Origin: Octopus sinensis
Taxonomy: Eukaryota
NCBI RefSeq assembly: GCF_006345805.1
Contig: NW_021833534.1
Location: 1-34,296, forward strand
Length of the DNA stretch: 34,296 nt
Direction of reading: 5' to 3'
The translations under genes were made by a program, and so were the position numbers. Below, piece by piece: positions 1-9,960 of the stretch. The stretch's first letter is position 1; every line of letters starts with the position of its first letter. The notes under the pieces are model-generated. The model worked only from the letters and a program-made list of their open reading frames with translations, was not told where the DNA came from and searched no databases.

Positions 1-277
1 AGGGTGTTTGCACTCAAGGTAGTAAGATCGCGGTTTCGATTCTCAGACCTGGCGGTGCGTTATGTCCTTGAGCAAGAAACTTCATTTCACGTTGCATCAG
101 TGTCCACTCAGCTGTGAATAAGTAACTCAGTGACAGACTGGACTGGACTGGTGTCCCGTTCAGTGATCTCGATCACTTCATACGCCATGGAAACTGGATG
201 ATAACCAGCCCTGCGTGTCCTACGACTCGAAGACAGTAATGTCCAGGGTTGGTGATGATGATGATGATGATGATGAT
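1..277 (+). mobile_element. tRNA-derived SINE (CORE/V-like central region), cut by window start, (TGA)n tail
   Basis: B-box-like ggtttcgattctc, then gtccttgagcaagaaacttcatttcacgttg, shared with SINEs at 19770, 20011 and 24424; ends in (tga)n. Confidence 0.7.
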
Positions 278-675
278 CTATGGGTTTCTGACCAGTCACT
301 AGGGTAAATCGTTTGCTTTTAAAGTGATGCTTTCACAACCACAACAGCATTTTGTTGTGATTTCTTTCTTTTTTTTATTCTGCCGAGCAATGATTTTTTT
401 CTTATCAGAATTTAGTTACCGAGAAGAAAGGATGTTGCACTCCTGATATTTTCATTTCGAGTAGAGCGACCTACTTTCACCAGTAAATGACATATGTTCG
501 TCTTATTTTTAGCCTTGACAGAAAGCGTAACAGCTGTTTTTAAAATTATTGATTGCCGTTACGGCTTCCTATGAGGACGGTGGCCGAGTTTTGATTAAAG
601 GCCATTTTCTTTCAAAGAACCCGTCGAGAATTATTAGCGAACGAACCCGTAATACGAGATAAAGAATGTTTATTA

Positions 676-1103
676 GCAGGAGTGGTTGTGTGGTAAGTAG
701 CTTGCTAGCCAACCACATGGTTCTGGGTTCAGTCCCACTGCGTGGCACCTTGGGCAAGTGTCTTCTACTATAGCCTCGGGCCGACCAAAGCCTTGTGAGT
801 GGATTTGGTAGACGGAAACTGAAAAACGCCCGTCGTATATATGTATAATATATATATATATATATTATATATACGCGTGTGTTGTTTATTATGCGTCTGT
901 GTTTGTCCCCCTAGCATTCTTGACAACCGATGCTGGTGGTGTTTATGTCCCCGCTACTAGCGGTTTCGGCAAAGATACCGATAGAATAAGTACTGGGCTT
1001 ACAAAAAGAATAAGTCCCGGGGGTCGAGTTGCTCGATTAAAGGCGGTGCTCCAGCATGGCCGCAGTCAAATGACTGAAACAAGTAAAAGAGAGTAAAAGA
1101 GTA
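676..1103 (+). mobile_element. SINE family A (tRNA head, CORE-like box, internal microsatellite, AAAGAGT tail)
   Basis: A-box tggttgtgtggtaag, B-box gggttcagtccc, accttgggcaagtgtctt, tail gtaaaaga(gagt); about 12 related copies in the window. Confidence 0.9.
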
Positions 1104-1189
1104 GATGTCGGGGTTTCTCTTTGTGGAATTAAACCTGGTAGTCAGAGCGCAAATGTGTGGCTGAGACGATAACATAGAACAAAGGTTAT

Positions 1190-1576
1190 GGATCTTTTTG
1201 GTTTGAACGGCAGTTTTTTTCTAGCGGTGTCATATGAAATTGTCACCCATAATTATGACCCTAGTATCGATCTATTGCATTTCAATCTGTTTTAGGGTTA
1301 GTTAGGGTTAGGGATGTTTTTTTTTTCTTCAATTTCTGCAATTTCAACCAATCAATGACGTCTATTGAGGTGAAAACATTCTGTGCCGTTATAATATGTC
1401 CCGGTTTAAGAAACAGATTGGGGTTATTTACATTTCTGAAGAAAAAAAGATACCTTCCCCCACCCCTAACCCTAAAACAGATTGAAATGCAATAGATCGA
1501 TACTAGGGTCATAATTATGGGTGACAATTTCATATGACACCGCTAGAAAAAACTGCCGTTCAAACCGAAAAGATCC
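1190..1576. mobile_element. MITE with long (~120 bp) terminal inverted repeats and internal TTAGGG repeats
   Basis: ggatctttttggtttgaacggcagttttt...ttttagggtta at left is mirrored by taaccctaaaacag...aaaaactgccgttcaaaccgaaaagatcc at right; no TSD seen. Confidence 0.85.
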
Positions 1577-1810
1577 GAAGCCTTGGCTTGTTTGCCCAAT
1601 GCGAACACATTTAGCGAACACATTTAGCCCTGAATATCAAACTTTTAATTACTTTTATTAGCTCGTTATTGGACCCTCACTAGCGATCTTTCGTTTTGAC
1701 TTGCAGAACTGTCATCTGAGTTCGTTTGTTTCCGTAAATTTTTTTTATTCATTTACTTTTGCTTTAAACTAGAGGAGAAAGTGAAAGATGTCTGTACGTG
1801 TATATGTGTG

Positions 1811-2231
1811 GGATCTTTTCGGTTTGAATGGCAGTTTTTTCTAGCGGTGTCATATGAAATTGTCACCCATAATTATGACCCTAGTATCGATCTATTGCAT
1901 TTCAATCTGTTTTAGGGTTAGGGGTGGCGGGAAGGGTATCTTTTTTTCTTCAGAAATGTAAATAAACCCAATCGGTTTCTTAAACGAGGGACATATTCAT
2001 ACGGCACAGAATGTTTTCACCTCAATAGACGTCATTGATTGGTTGAAATTGCAGAAATTGCAAAAAAAAAAACCCAAACAAAACAGATATCTAACAAACT
2101 ATAGAATTTTCTCAATAAAGCCAAGAGAAAAAGATGTTTTATAAACACATTCTACCAGTATCCGAAGTTTAAAAGTGTTTAGTTACGTGGAAATTATTTT
2201 TAAAAAACTGCCGTTCAAACGGAAAAGATCC
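1811..2231. mobile_element. Same MITE family, variant with short (~29 bp) TIR and a different right arm
   Basis: Left ~260 bp matches the reverse complement of 1312-1576; ends aaaaactgccgttcaaacggaaaagatcc. Confidence 0.85.
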
Positions 2232-2239
2232 TAAGTGTG

Positions 2240-2448
2240 TGTGTGTGTGTGTGTGTGAAAGAGAGAGAGAGCGAGGGAGGAAGAGAGAGAGAAAGAAGGA
2301 GAAAGAGAGTGAGTGAAGGGGTGTGTTGTCATGTATACGTATATACATCAATACATATGCATACATTTTTGTATGTACATGTGTGTGTGTGTGTGTGAGA
2401 GAGAGAGAGTGAAAGTGTGTGTTCTCATGTAAGTTTAAGTGGCACTCA

Positions 2449-2505
<57 letters not shown>
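2240..2505. repeat. (GT)n/(GA)n/(CT)n/(CA)n microsatellite cluster
   Basis: Direct inspection. Confidence 0.9.
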
Positions 2506-2677
2506 GTCAATTTCATATACACTTTCATACATCTTTCACTTTCTCCTCTCTTTCACTTTAAAACAAGCGTAAATAAATAAATAAAAATTTACGGAAATTA
2601 ACAAACAAAACAGCTGATCCGGATGACAGTTTGCTGAGAACTTTGCGAGCTATAACGAAACATAACCGTCAGGGTAC

Positions 2678-2832
2678 AATATGCACCTGTTTGCTAGAAA
2701 AAAGAGTTAAAACCCTTCAAAGCCTCGCATCTCTCGCTACATGTAAACGTTCTCCGTGCGTGTTTACATATAGCGAGAGATGCGTGGTTTTGGAGAGTTT
2801 TAACTCTTCTTTCTAGCAAATAGGTGTATATT
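2678..2832. repeat. ~70 bp imperfect inverted repeat with 13-nt loop (hairpin element)
   Basis: atatgcacctgtttgctagaaaaaagagttaaaac...tacatgtaaac versus gtttacatatagc...ctagcaaataggtgtatat. Confidence 0.9.
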
Positions 2833-2833
2833 A

Positions 2834-3058
2834 TACTCTCTTTACTCTTTTACTCTTTTACTGGTTTCAATCATTTGACTGCGGCCATGCTGGAGCACCG
2901 CCTTATAGTCGAGTAAATCGACCCCAGGACTTATTCTTTGTAAGCCTAGTACTTGTTCTATCAGTCTCTTTTGCTGAACCGCTAAGTTATGGGACGTAAA
3001 CACACCACCATCGGTTGCCAAGCAATGGTGGGGGGGACAAACACAAACACTCAAACAT

Positions 3059-3091
<33 letters not shown>

Positions 3092-3263
3092 CATATATAA
3101 GACGGGATTCTTCCAGTTTCTGTCTACCAAATCCACTCACAAGGCTTTGGTCGGCCCGAGGCTATAGCAGAAGACACTTGCCCAAGGTGCTACGCAGTGG
3201 GAATGAACCCGGATCCATGTGGTTGGTAAGCAAGCTACTTACCACACAGCCACTCATGCGCCT
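2834..3263 (-). mobile_element. SINE family A
   Basis: Reverse complement of the family A sequence, head to (ctctttta)n tail. Confidence 0.9.
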
Positions 3264-3660
3264 CCTGACTTTTAATATATATTTTGCATATTCTGTTATG
3301 TTTGATGGCCACTCTATCATGATTTTTTAGAGATAATAACTTATTTGAATTTCCAGTATATATATATATATATGTTATGGAGCAGTTACTGTCTATATCT
3401 CATTTAGAGAATTATTATTGCTATATATATATATATAGAAATATTAAAATAACTAAGTCTCTCTAAAAGAGAACAGCGGCAGCGTTCCCGGAAAATAATA
3501 GTTATCGCCATACTAATATGGCATTCTTATAAAAATAAGAAAAAAGAAAAAAGCTGTCCGCTTATTAGCTCCATGAGGCCATCGCCTTAAGTTAGCTATT
3601 TGATACACAAACTGTATCCATATAACCTTCGAACAAGGGAGGTCAGTCGCTCCACACTAC

Positions 3661-3722
3661 TGACCGGCAGCTACAGACGCGTTTCGGGGTATTGCCCCTT
3701 TTCAATGCAGCGTAGCCAGCCA
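3661..3722 (-). ncRNA. Type I hammerhead ribozyme, Penelope/retrozyme-like, core apparently intact
   Basis: Minus strand reads ctgca-UUGAAAA-gggg caata cccc-GAAA-cgcg-UC-tgtag: helix I ctgca/tgtag, helix II gggg/cccc, palindromic helix III acgcgt, U3-A8 instead of C3-G8, extended helix I with internal loop. Confidence 0.8.
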
Positions 3723-3753
3723 GTAGGTGTCGCTTCCGACAATCTACTGGCTG
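3717..3753. other. Strong GC-rich hairpin between the two hammerheads
   Basis: cagccagtag-g-tgtcg-cttc-cgaca-at-ctactggctg. Confidence 0.85.
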
Positions 3754-3773
3754 AGTGGATTTCATCCAGATAG

Positions 3774-3853
3774 TCTGGCTGACGAGCTACAAATGGATTT
3801 TTTGTAAGTAATATTACATTTAATTCATTAATAGCGACACAATTGTCCCAAAA
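3774..3853 (+). ncRNA. Hammerhead-like motif with long helix II, copy 1 (A14C lesion)
   Basis: tgg-CUGACGA-gcta..aatggatt..tgtaa/ttaca..aattcatt..tagc-GACA-caattg-UC-cca. Confidence 0.65.
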
Positions 3854-4307
3854 TAATCTGTATTTTTGTTATTTTTTACTTGCCCTGTCCGTGTGAGCTA
3901 ACAGTCGTACTGGCTTTCATGGGAATCATGTATTTTCGTGGTTGAAACCTTTTGGATTAACTGGTGGCTAGAGTGAGCAATATAGTGACCACTCTCTTAT
4001 ATTTATTTTGTAAAAATATTATAATATGTTATAAAATATTATAATAATCCAGGTTTCTCGTAGCACTAGGCCACTTGGTGTTGAATAAATATACTATTAA
4101 ATTAGTATCTAATTCTCTCACCCTTATTAATTAATTATAATTATGCTGCATTTATTTCTAAATGCTGTATTTGTTTTCCGTGAAAGTTTGGCGCGCTGTT
4201 GGTTGGGGCATTGAATTATAACGTCGGATGTAATCAATTGAACCACACGCGTATTTATCGTTATGGTAAATCTGGCGTTGTGATTGAGTGGATTTCATCC
4301 AGATAGT

Positions 4308-4385
4308 CTTGGCTGACGAGCTACAAATGGATTTTTTTGTAAGTAATATTACATTTAATTCATTAATAGCGAAACAATTGCCAAA
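4308..4385 (+). ncRNA. Hammerhead-like motif with long helix II, copy 2 (cleavage-site UC missing)
   Basis: ttgg-CUGACGA-gcta...tagc-GAAA-caattg-[no UC]-ccaa. Confidence 0.6.
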
Positions 4386-4558
4386 TAATCTGTATTTTTG
4401 TTATTTTTTACTTGCCCTGTCCGTGTGAGCTAACAGTCGTACTGGCTTTCATGGGAATCATGTATTTTCGTGGTTGAAACCTTTTGGATTAACTGGTGCT
4501 AGAGTGAGCAATATAGTGACACTCTCTTATATTTATTATTATATATATATATATATAT

Positions 4559-4613
<55 letters not shown>

Positions 4614-4620
4614 ATATATA

Positions 4621-4851
4621 TATATCAAAATAAGCAACAGGTATATCCAAGGTATTGCAGTACAATTGTTTCATGCTACTTCATTTTATTAAACGCTGTA
4701 AGTATTACTTCAGCTTTAAAATGTCGAGCAATCTTCAGCCACATACAGAATTTTTTAATTAAACGGACAATGCTCATTCACATAAAATGAAGTAGCATGA
4801 AACAATTGTACTACATTACCTTGGATATCCTTGTTGCTTACTTTGATTATA
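4621..4851. repeat. (TA)n-adjacent fold-back element: ~68 bp inverted arms with ~95 bp spacer
   Basis: 4621-4688 is the imperfect reverse complement of 4783-4851. Confidence 0.85.
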
Positions 4852-5040
4852 ATCACCCCATTTGATTTATATGGATAATACCATACGAAATTCTGGTGCC
4901 TTTAACTTAAGTACTATATTCATCTGAATCTAAATTTTTGATGAACTATATATATATATATACCCTTTATGTCAGGTCACTTTCGAGTGCTACTGCACGA
5001 AAACAACATTGATTAAGCTTCACGCAATGGCCATCCTCGA

Positions 5041-5103
5041 TAACGAGGGGGCAGCCACCACATATACCCTTAAAGCGAGGAACTTTTCAGCACCCTCTTG
5101 TTA
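5041..5103. mobile_element. Tiny Tc1/mariner-like remnant
   Basis: ta-acgaggggg ... ccctcttgt-ta ends; minus strand gagggtgctgaaaagttcc resembles mariner TIRs; TA at both ends. Confidence 0.4.
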
Positions 5104-5295
5104 ATAAAGATGGTTCAGGCATATTGCAGATGCGCCAACGACCACAAATTACTCAGTTCTGTAGGTAACCTCCAGGATTCTTACATCGCATTTGTAGCTT
5201 TTCAAACGAATATATCACCATAAACTTGTGATGTTTAAAAATAACTTTCTTTTAGATATTACTGCACTATGAGAGCAATAAAAATTATTGAATCT

Positions 5296-5710
5296 CTGCG
5301 TGGCTGTGTGGTAAGAAACTTGCTTCCCAACTACATGGTTCCAGGTTCAGTCCCATTGCGTGGCACCTTTGGACAAGTGCCTTCTACTATTGCCACAGGC
5401 TGACCAAAACCTTGCGAGAGGGTTTGGTTGATGGAAACTGAAACCAGCCCGTCGTACCGTCGCATATATATGTGTTGTGTTGTATGTGTATCTTTGTCTG
5501 TGTTTGTTCTCCGATCACCACTTGACAATCGGTGTTGGTGTGCTTACGTCCTAGTAACTTAACGGTTCGGCAAAAGAGACCGATAGAATAAGTACTAGGC
5601 TTAAAAAATAAGTCCTGGAGTCGACTTGTTCGACTAAAACCAGTCGAGGCGTTGCTCCAGCATGGCTGCTGTCAAATGACTGAAAGAAGTAAAAGAATAA
5701 AAGAATAAGA
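5296..5710 (+). mobile_element. SINE family A
   Basis: Full family A architecture, (aagaata)n tail. Confidence 0.85.
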
Positions 5711-5793
5711 TGCGACCGCCAGAAGAAGCTATCGTGGAAACGAGCCGAAAGGCAAGTACACCGTCTTCGGTAAACCCGAAAAGAGCATAACAA

Positions 5794-6201
5794 ATACTCT
5801 TTTACTCTTTTACTGTTTCAGTCATTTGACTGAGGCCATGCTGGAGCACCGCCTTTAGTCGAGCAAATCGACCCCAGGACTTATTCTTTGTAAGCCTAGT
5901 ACTTATTCTCGAGACACGTAGGGTCACCTGAGAATCGAAACCGCTAAGTTACGGGGACGTAAACACACCATCATCGGTTGTCAAGCGATGTTGGGGGGAT
6001 AAACATATACACACACACATATATATATATACATATATACGACGGGCTTCTTTCAGTTTCCGTCTACCAAGGCTCACTCACAAGGCTTTGGTCGGCCGAA
6101 GCTATAGTAGGACACTTGCCCAAGGTGCCACGCAGTGGGACTGAACCCGGAATCATGTGGTTGGTAAATAAGCTGTTTACCACACATCCACTCCTACGCC
6201 T
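5794..6201 (-). mobile_element. SINE family A
   Basis: Reverse complement of the family A sequence. Confidence 0.9.
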
Positions 6202-6219
6202 ATAAATATTTACTTTAAA

Positions 6220-6363
6220 TATCTTACAAACTATAGAATTTTCTAAATAAAGCCAAGAGAAAAAGATGTTTTATAAACACATTCTACCAGTATACGAAGT
6301 TTAAAAGTGTTTAGTTACGTGGAAAATATTTTTAAAAAACTGCCGGTCAAACCGAAAAGATCC
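6220..6363. mobile_element. Isolated right arm of the TTAGGG-MITE variant
   Basis: Matches about 2088-2231 including the terminal TIR. Confidence 0.85.
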
Positions 6364-6935
6364 CGCTTTTATTGCATTGGGCAAACAAGCCAAGGCTTCT
6401 AAGAGATCGCTTGACCTTCTAGAATTAGCAACTAAATAGGTTCTGAATCACACCCTACCGTGAGATAACGTAATGTTACATAATTTATGTCTGATAAAGT
6501 TTGCTGATTATAGTTTGTTAAAATAACTTTGGTCATAGATAGATCTGGACGATAGACTTTAAATTACAATATTGCATTAAGTAAGAAAAAAAATATCAAC
6601 GAAAATTACTCACTTTTGTAAGTTTTTTATATTTTCTGGAGAATTTGCTAAAAATGAAAATGAAAGAAAGTAAATTTACATTAAATCAACTTTACATTAA
6701 ATAAGCGGAAAAATACATTTAAAATTAAAACAACATCGTTTTGTCTTGATGATCACAGAGAGCGTACATACTCACGCGCGCATTTATACACATATACATA
6801 CATATGTACTTACGTATGAGTAGATATATCCATATATACCTATGTATATCTATGTGTGTGTATATATCTATATCTTTATATATTTATATGTATGTATCTC
6901 CCTCCCCCCTCTCTCTCACATTATATATATATATG

Positions 6936-7077
6936 AGGTCGACTTTGCCTTTCATCCTTTCGAGGTCGATAAATAAAGTACCAGTTACACACTGGGTTGA
7001 TGTAATCGACTTAATCCGTTTGTCTGTCCTTGTTTGTCACCTCTATGTTTAACCCCCTGTGGGCAATAAAGAAAATA
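6936..7077 (+). mobile_element. 5'-truncated SINE family B (Meta-domain-like)
   Basis: gaggtcgactttgcctttcatcctttcgaggtcgataaataaagtaccag...gggcaataaagaaa. Confidence 0.85.
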
Positions 7078-7109
7078 TATATATAAATATATATATATAT
7101 GTATGTTGT

Positions 7110-7181
<72 letters not shown>

Positions 7182-7191
7182 GTGTGTGTGT

Positions 7192-7400
7192 AAATTAGAG
7201 AGGAACCACCATGTAGCTATTCAACAATGATATTATTAAATTAGTTGAATTGCTACCGGGTGGTTCTTCTCTATTTATATACATGTATTATATATTGTGA
7301 AATTTGATTTAGTATTACTAATTGAATTTATCCCTGTAAGTTTGGAATCATATTCCCTAATATCATTTATTATATTATATTATTATTATTATTATTATAT
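7192..7400. repeat. Microsatellite-adjacent fold-back element (33 bp arms) plus AT-rich tail
   Basis: 7192-7225 inverted to 7244-7276; left arm also at 22253-22290; tail ccctgtaagtttgga..ttccctaatat also near 30220-30255. Confidence 0.7.
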
Positions 7401-7549
7401 TATTATTATTATTAATATATTATATTATATATATTAGGCCCAGGCATCATAGGTAAGTGTCTGCTGCTATAGCCTCAGGCCGACCAAAGCCTTGTGAGTG
7501 GATTTGATAGGTGGAAGCTGAAAGAAGTCCACCGTATGTGTGTGTGTGT

Positions 7550-7580
<31 letters not shown>

Positions 7581-7843
7581 GTGCGTGTGTGCGTGCGTGT
7601 GTGTGTGCGTGTGTGTGTGTATACATAAATGTCCGAAGTCACTGTCAACCTTTTCCTGGTAAAAGTTTAACACGTATTTCACTAAAAACTATTGTGTAAT
7701 CCTTCAGTTTAATGTCAAATTGTTTTTGTATATAACTTGCCATTAAAAAAACCTCATGGTTCCGAGTTCAGTCTTTTACGTGAGTGGATTTCGTAAACAG
7801 AAACTGAAAGAAGCTCATCGTGCACACACACACACACACACAC

Positions 7844-7893
<50 letters not shown>

Positions 7894-7909
7894 GGTGAAT
7901 TCACAAAAA

Positions 7910-8070
7910 AAAAAAAAGACGAAGACATGTGGTGTAGACAACAAACAGATGTATTAGTATAGCGCTCGGGAAGTGAAAAAGTCTTTAACATTTCGAGCCT
8001 ACGCTCTTCCACAGAAAGGAACACAGAAAGAAACAAGGAGGGAAAATAAAGAATGTGTAGTGGCTAGCGA
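7910..8070 (-). mobile_element. Probable Penelope-like fragment with a degenerate minimal hammerhead (7983-8018)
   Basis: Minus strand cttt-CUGUGGA-a-gagc gtag gctc-GAAA-ug-UU-aaag. Confidence 0.45.
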
Positions 8071-8080
8071 TCTATCTATA

Positions 8081-8480
8081 TACTGTTGCTATTATGGTAA
8101 ACTGTCGTATGTCTAAATTTGGCTAAATGCGTTCTTTTCAATTTTGTTTGCAATAACTGCTTCTTTTGGTCAAACTATCGTATGTCCAGCTGCTTCAGAG
8201 GCCAAGATATGAAAATTGTCAAAGTGTAGTACAACGGTTTACCATTTTTCAAAAGTGTAGTAAGCCCCACATACGGAAGTTTTGCAAAAATATTTCTGAC
8301 TGAAATAATATCATACATACATGGAGTTACGATTTTATACACCCAACAAAGTATTATTGTTAAGCTGAAACTGTTGCTAACGCAAAAAAAAGAAATGAAA
8401 TGGTGAAACTGTTTTTTCCGTTTTCAGAAACGAAAAGCAACGTTTTGGACTTACGACACTTCTGCATAATAGCAATGATA
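8081..8480. mobile_element. MITE with ~37 bp imperfect TIRs, TA-flanked (Tc1/mariner-type geometry)
   Basis: ta-ctgttgctattatggtaaactgtcgtatgtctaaa versus the reverse complement of tttggacttacgacacttctgcataatagcaatga-ta. Confidence 0.7.
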
Positions 8481-8523
8481 TATATATATATATATTAATA
8501 TATAATATATAATATATAATAAT

Positions 8524-8561
<38 letters not shown>

Positions 8562-9325
8562 CTATATATATATATGTATGTAGTGTATATATGTATGTAT
8601 GTATATATAATGTATGTATGTATAATAGTATGTATGTATCTATAGTATATATGTACGCATGCATGCATGTATGTAGTATGCATGCATGCATGATATGTAG
8701 CATGCATGTATGTATGTATATATGTATGCATGCATGTATGTATGTATGTTTGTATGTATGTATGCATGTATGTATGTATGTATATATGTATGTATGTATG
8801 CATGCATGTATGTATGCATGCATGTATGTATGTATATATGTATGCATGCATGTATGTATGTATATATGTATGCATGCATGTATGTATGTATATATGTATG
8901 CATGCATGTATGTATGTATGTATGTTTGTATGTATGTATGCATGTATGTATGTATGTATATGTATGTATGTATGTATGTATTATGTATGTATGTATGTTT
9001 GTATGTATGTATGCATGATTTGTATGTATATGTATGTATGTATGTATGTATTATGTATGTATGTATGATGTATGTTGTATGTATGTATGCATGTATGTAT
9101 GTATGTTAGTATGTATGTATGTATATGTATGTATGTATGTATGTATGCATGCTGTATGTATTTATTATGTATGTTGGTGTAGTATGCATGTATGTATGTC
9201 TGTATGTATGTATGTATGTATGTATTAGTATGTATGTATGTATGTTATGTATTATGCATGTATGTTGTATGTATGTATATGTATGTATGTATGTCTGTAT
9301 GTATGTATGTATGTATTATGTATTA
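8478..9325. repeat. (TA)n then long (TATG)n/(TGCA) microsatellite
   Basis: Direct inspection. Confidence 0.95.
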
Positions 9326-9419
9326 CGATATTAGTGACACTGATTTTATACGTCTATAAAAAACTCTGATGCTTACAATCTCTAACATATCTCAATTTCA
9401 TCAAAGCTCAACACACACT

Positions 9420-9421
<2 letters not shown>

Positions 9422-9496
<75 letters not shown>

Positions 9497-9539
9497 GAGA
9501 TGCGAGAGAGAGAGAGAGGAGAGAAGAGAGAGGAGAGAG

Positions 9540-9570
<31 letters not shown>
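9422..9570. repeat. (GA)n microsatellite
   Basis: Direct inspection. Confidence 0.95.
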
Positions 9571-9574
<4 letters not shown>

Positions 9575-9960
9575 CAAGATTATAGACTTACATAAATGAT
9601 GCAAACATTGCATATTTTTCTTGACTTTGGGAAAGCAGATTGTTGCGAAAGAGCCAGAAGATCCGATAGTAGTCAGTGAACTACGAGTTTGTTCTTGGCT
9701 TGTTTACCTTTCTTTATTCACGAAAGAAATGCAAACGGTGAAAAGAGTAAAAATCCAAAATATGGAATGTTAACCTTTGAGAAAGTTTCTACAATGAAGG
9801 TAAAAAGAAAAAAAGAAAAGAAAACAGAAAAATGACAAAACAGAATTTGACGTCATTGTAAAGTTTCTTTCTAAATTTAGCACAAGGCCAGCAATTTTAA
9901 GAGGAGGGGGGGTAGACGATTACAACGACCTCAATGCTCAACTAATACTTATTTTATTAA

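Larger units (their letters stand above)
3752..4535. repeat. Direct duplication of ~255 bp (3752-4008 and 4285-4535), probable Penelope-like pseudo-LTR remnant
   Basis: Near-identical blocks differing mostly by small indels; contain the plus-strand hammerhead; AT/TA-rich flanks. Confidence 0.75.

Noticed and set aside
108-299. His-rich ORF
   Set aside because: Antisense of a SINE's (TGA)n tail
1293-1312. Telomere or chromosome-fusion site (also 34158-34230)
   Set aside because: Short degenerate tracts located inside dispersed TIR elements
4695-4750. Minus-strand CUGAAGA...GAAG hammerhead candidate
   Set aside because: No helix II adjacent to the core, and GAAA/UH are not intact
4974-5161. 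Exon-like stretch with AG/GT borders
   Set aside because: Stops in all frames; centre better explained by a mariner-like remnant
8377-9334. Many long ORFs (MYVC/HTYI repeats), also at 30500-32349
   Set aside because: Translations of (TATG)n/(CATA)n, which lack stop codons
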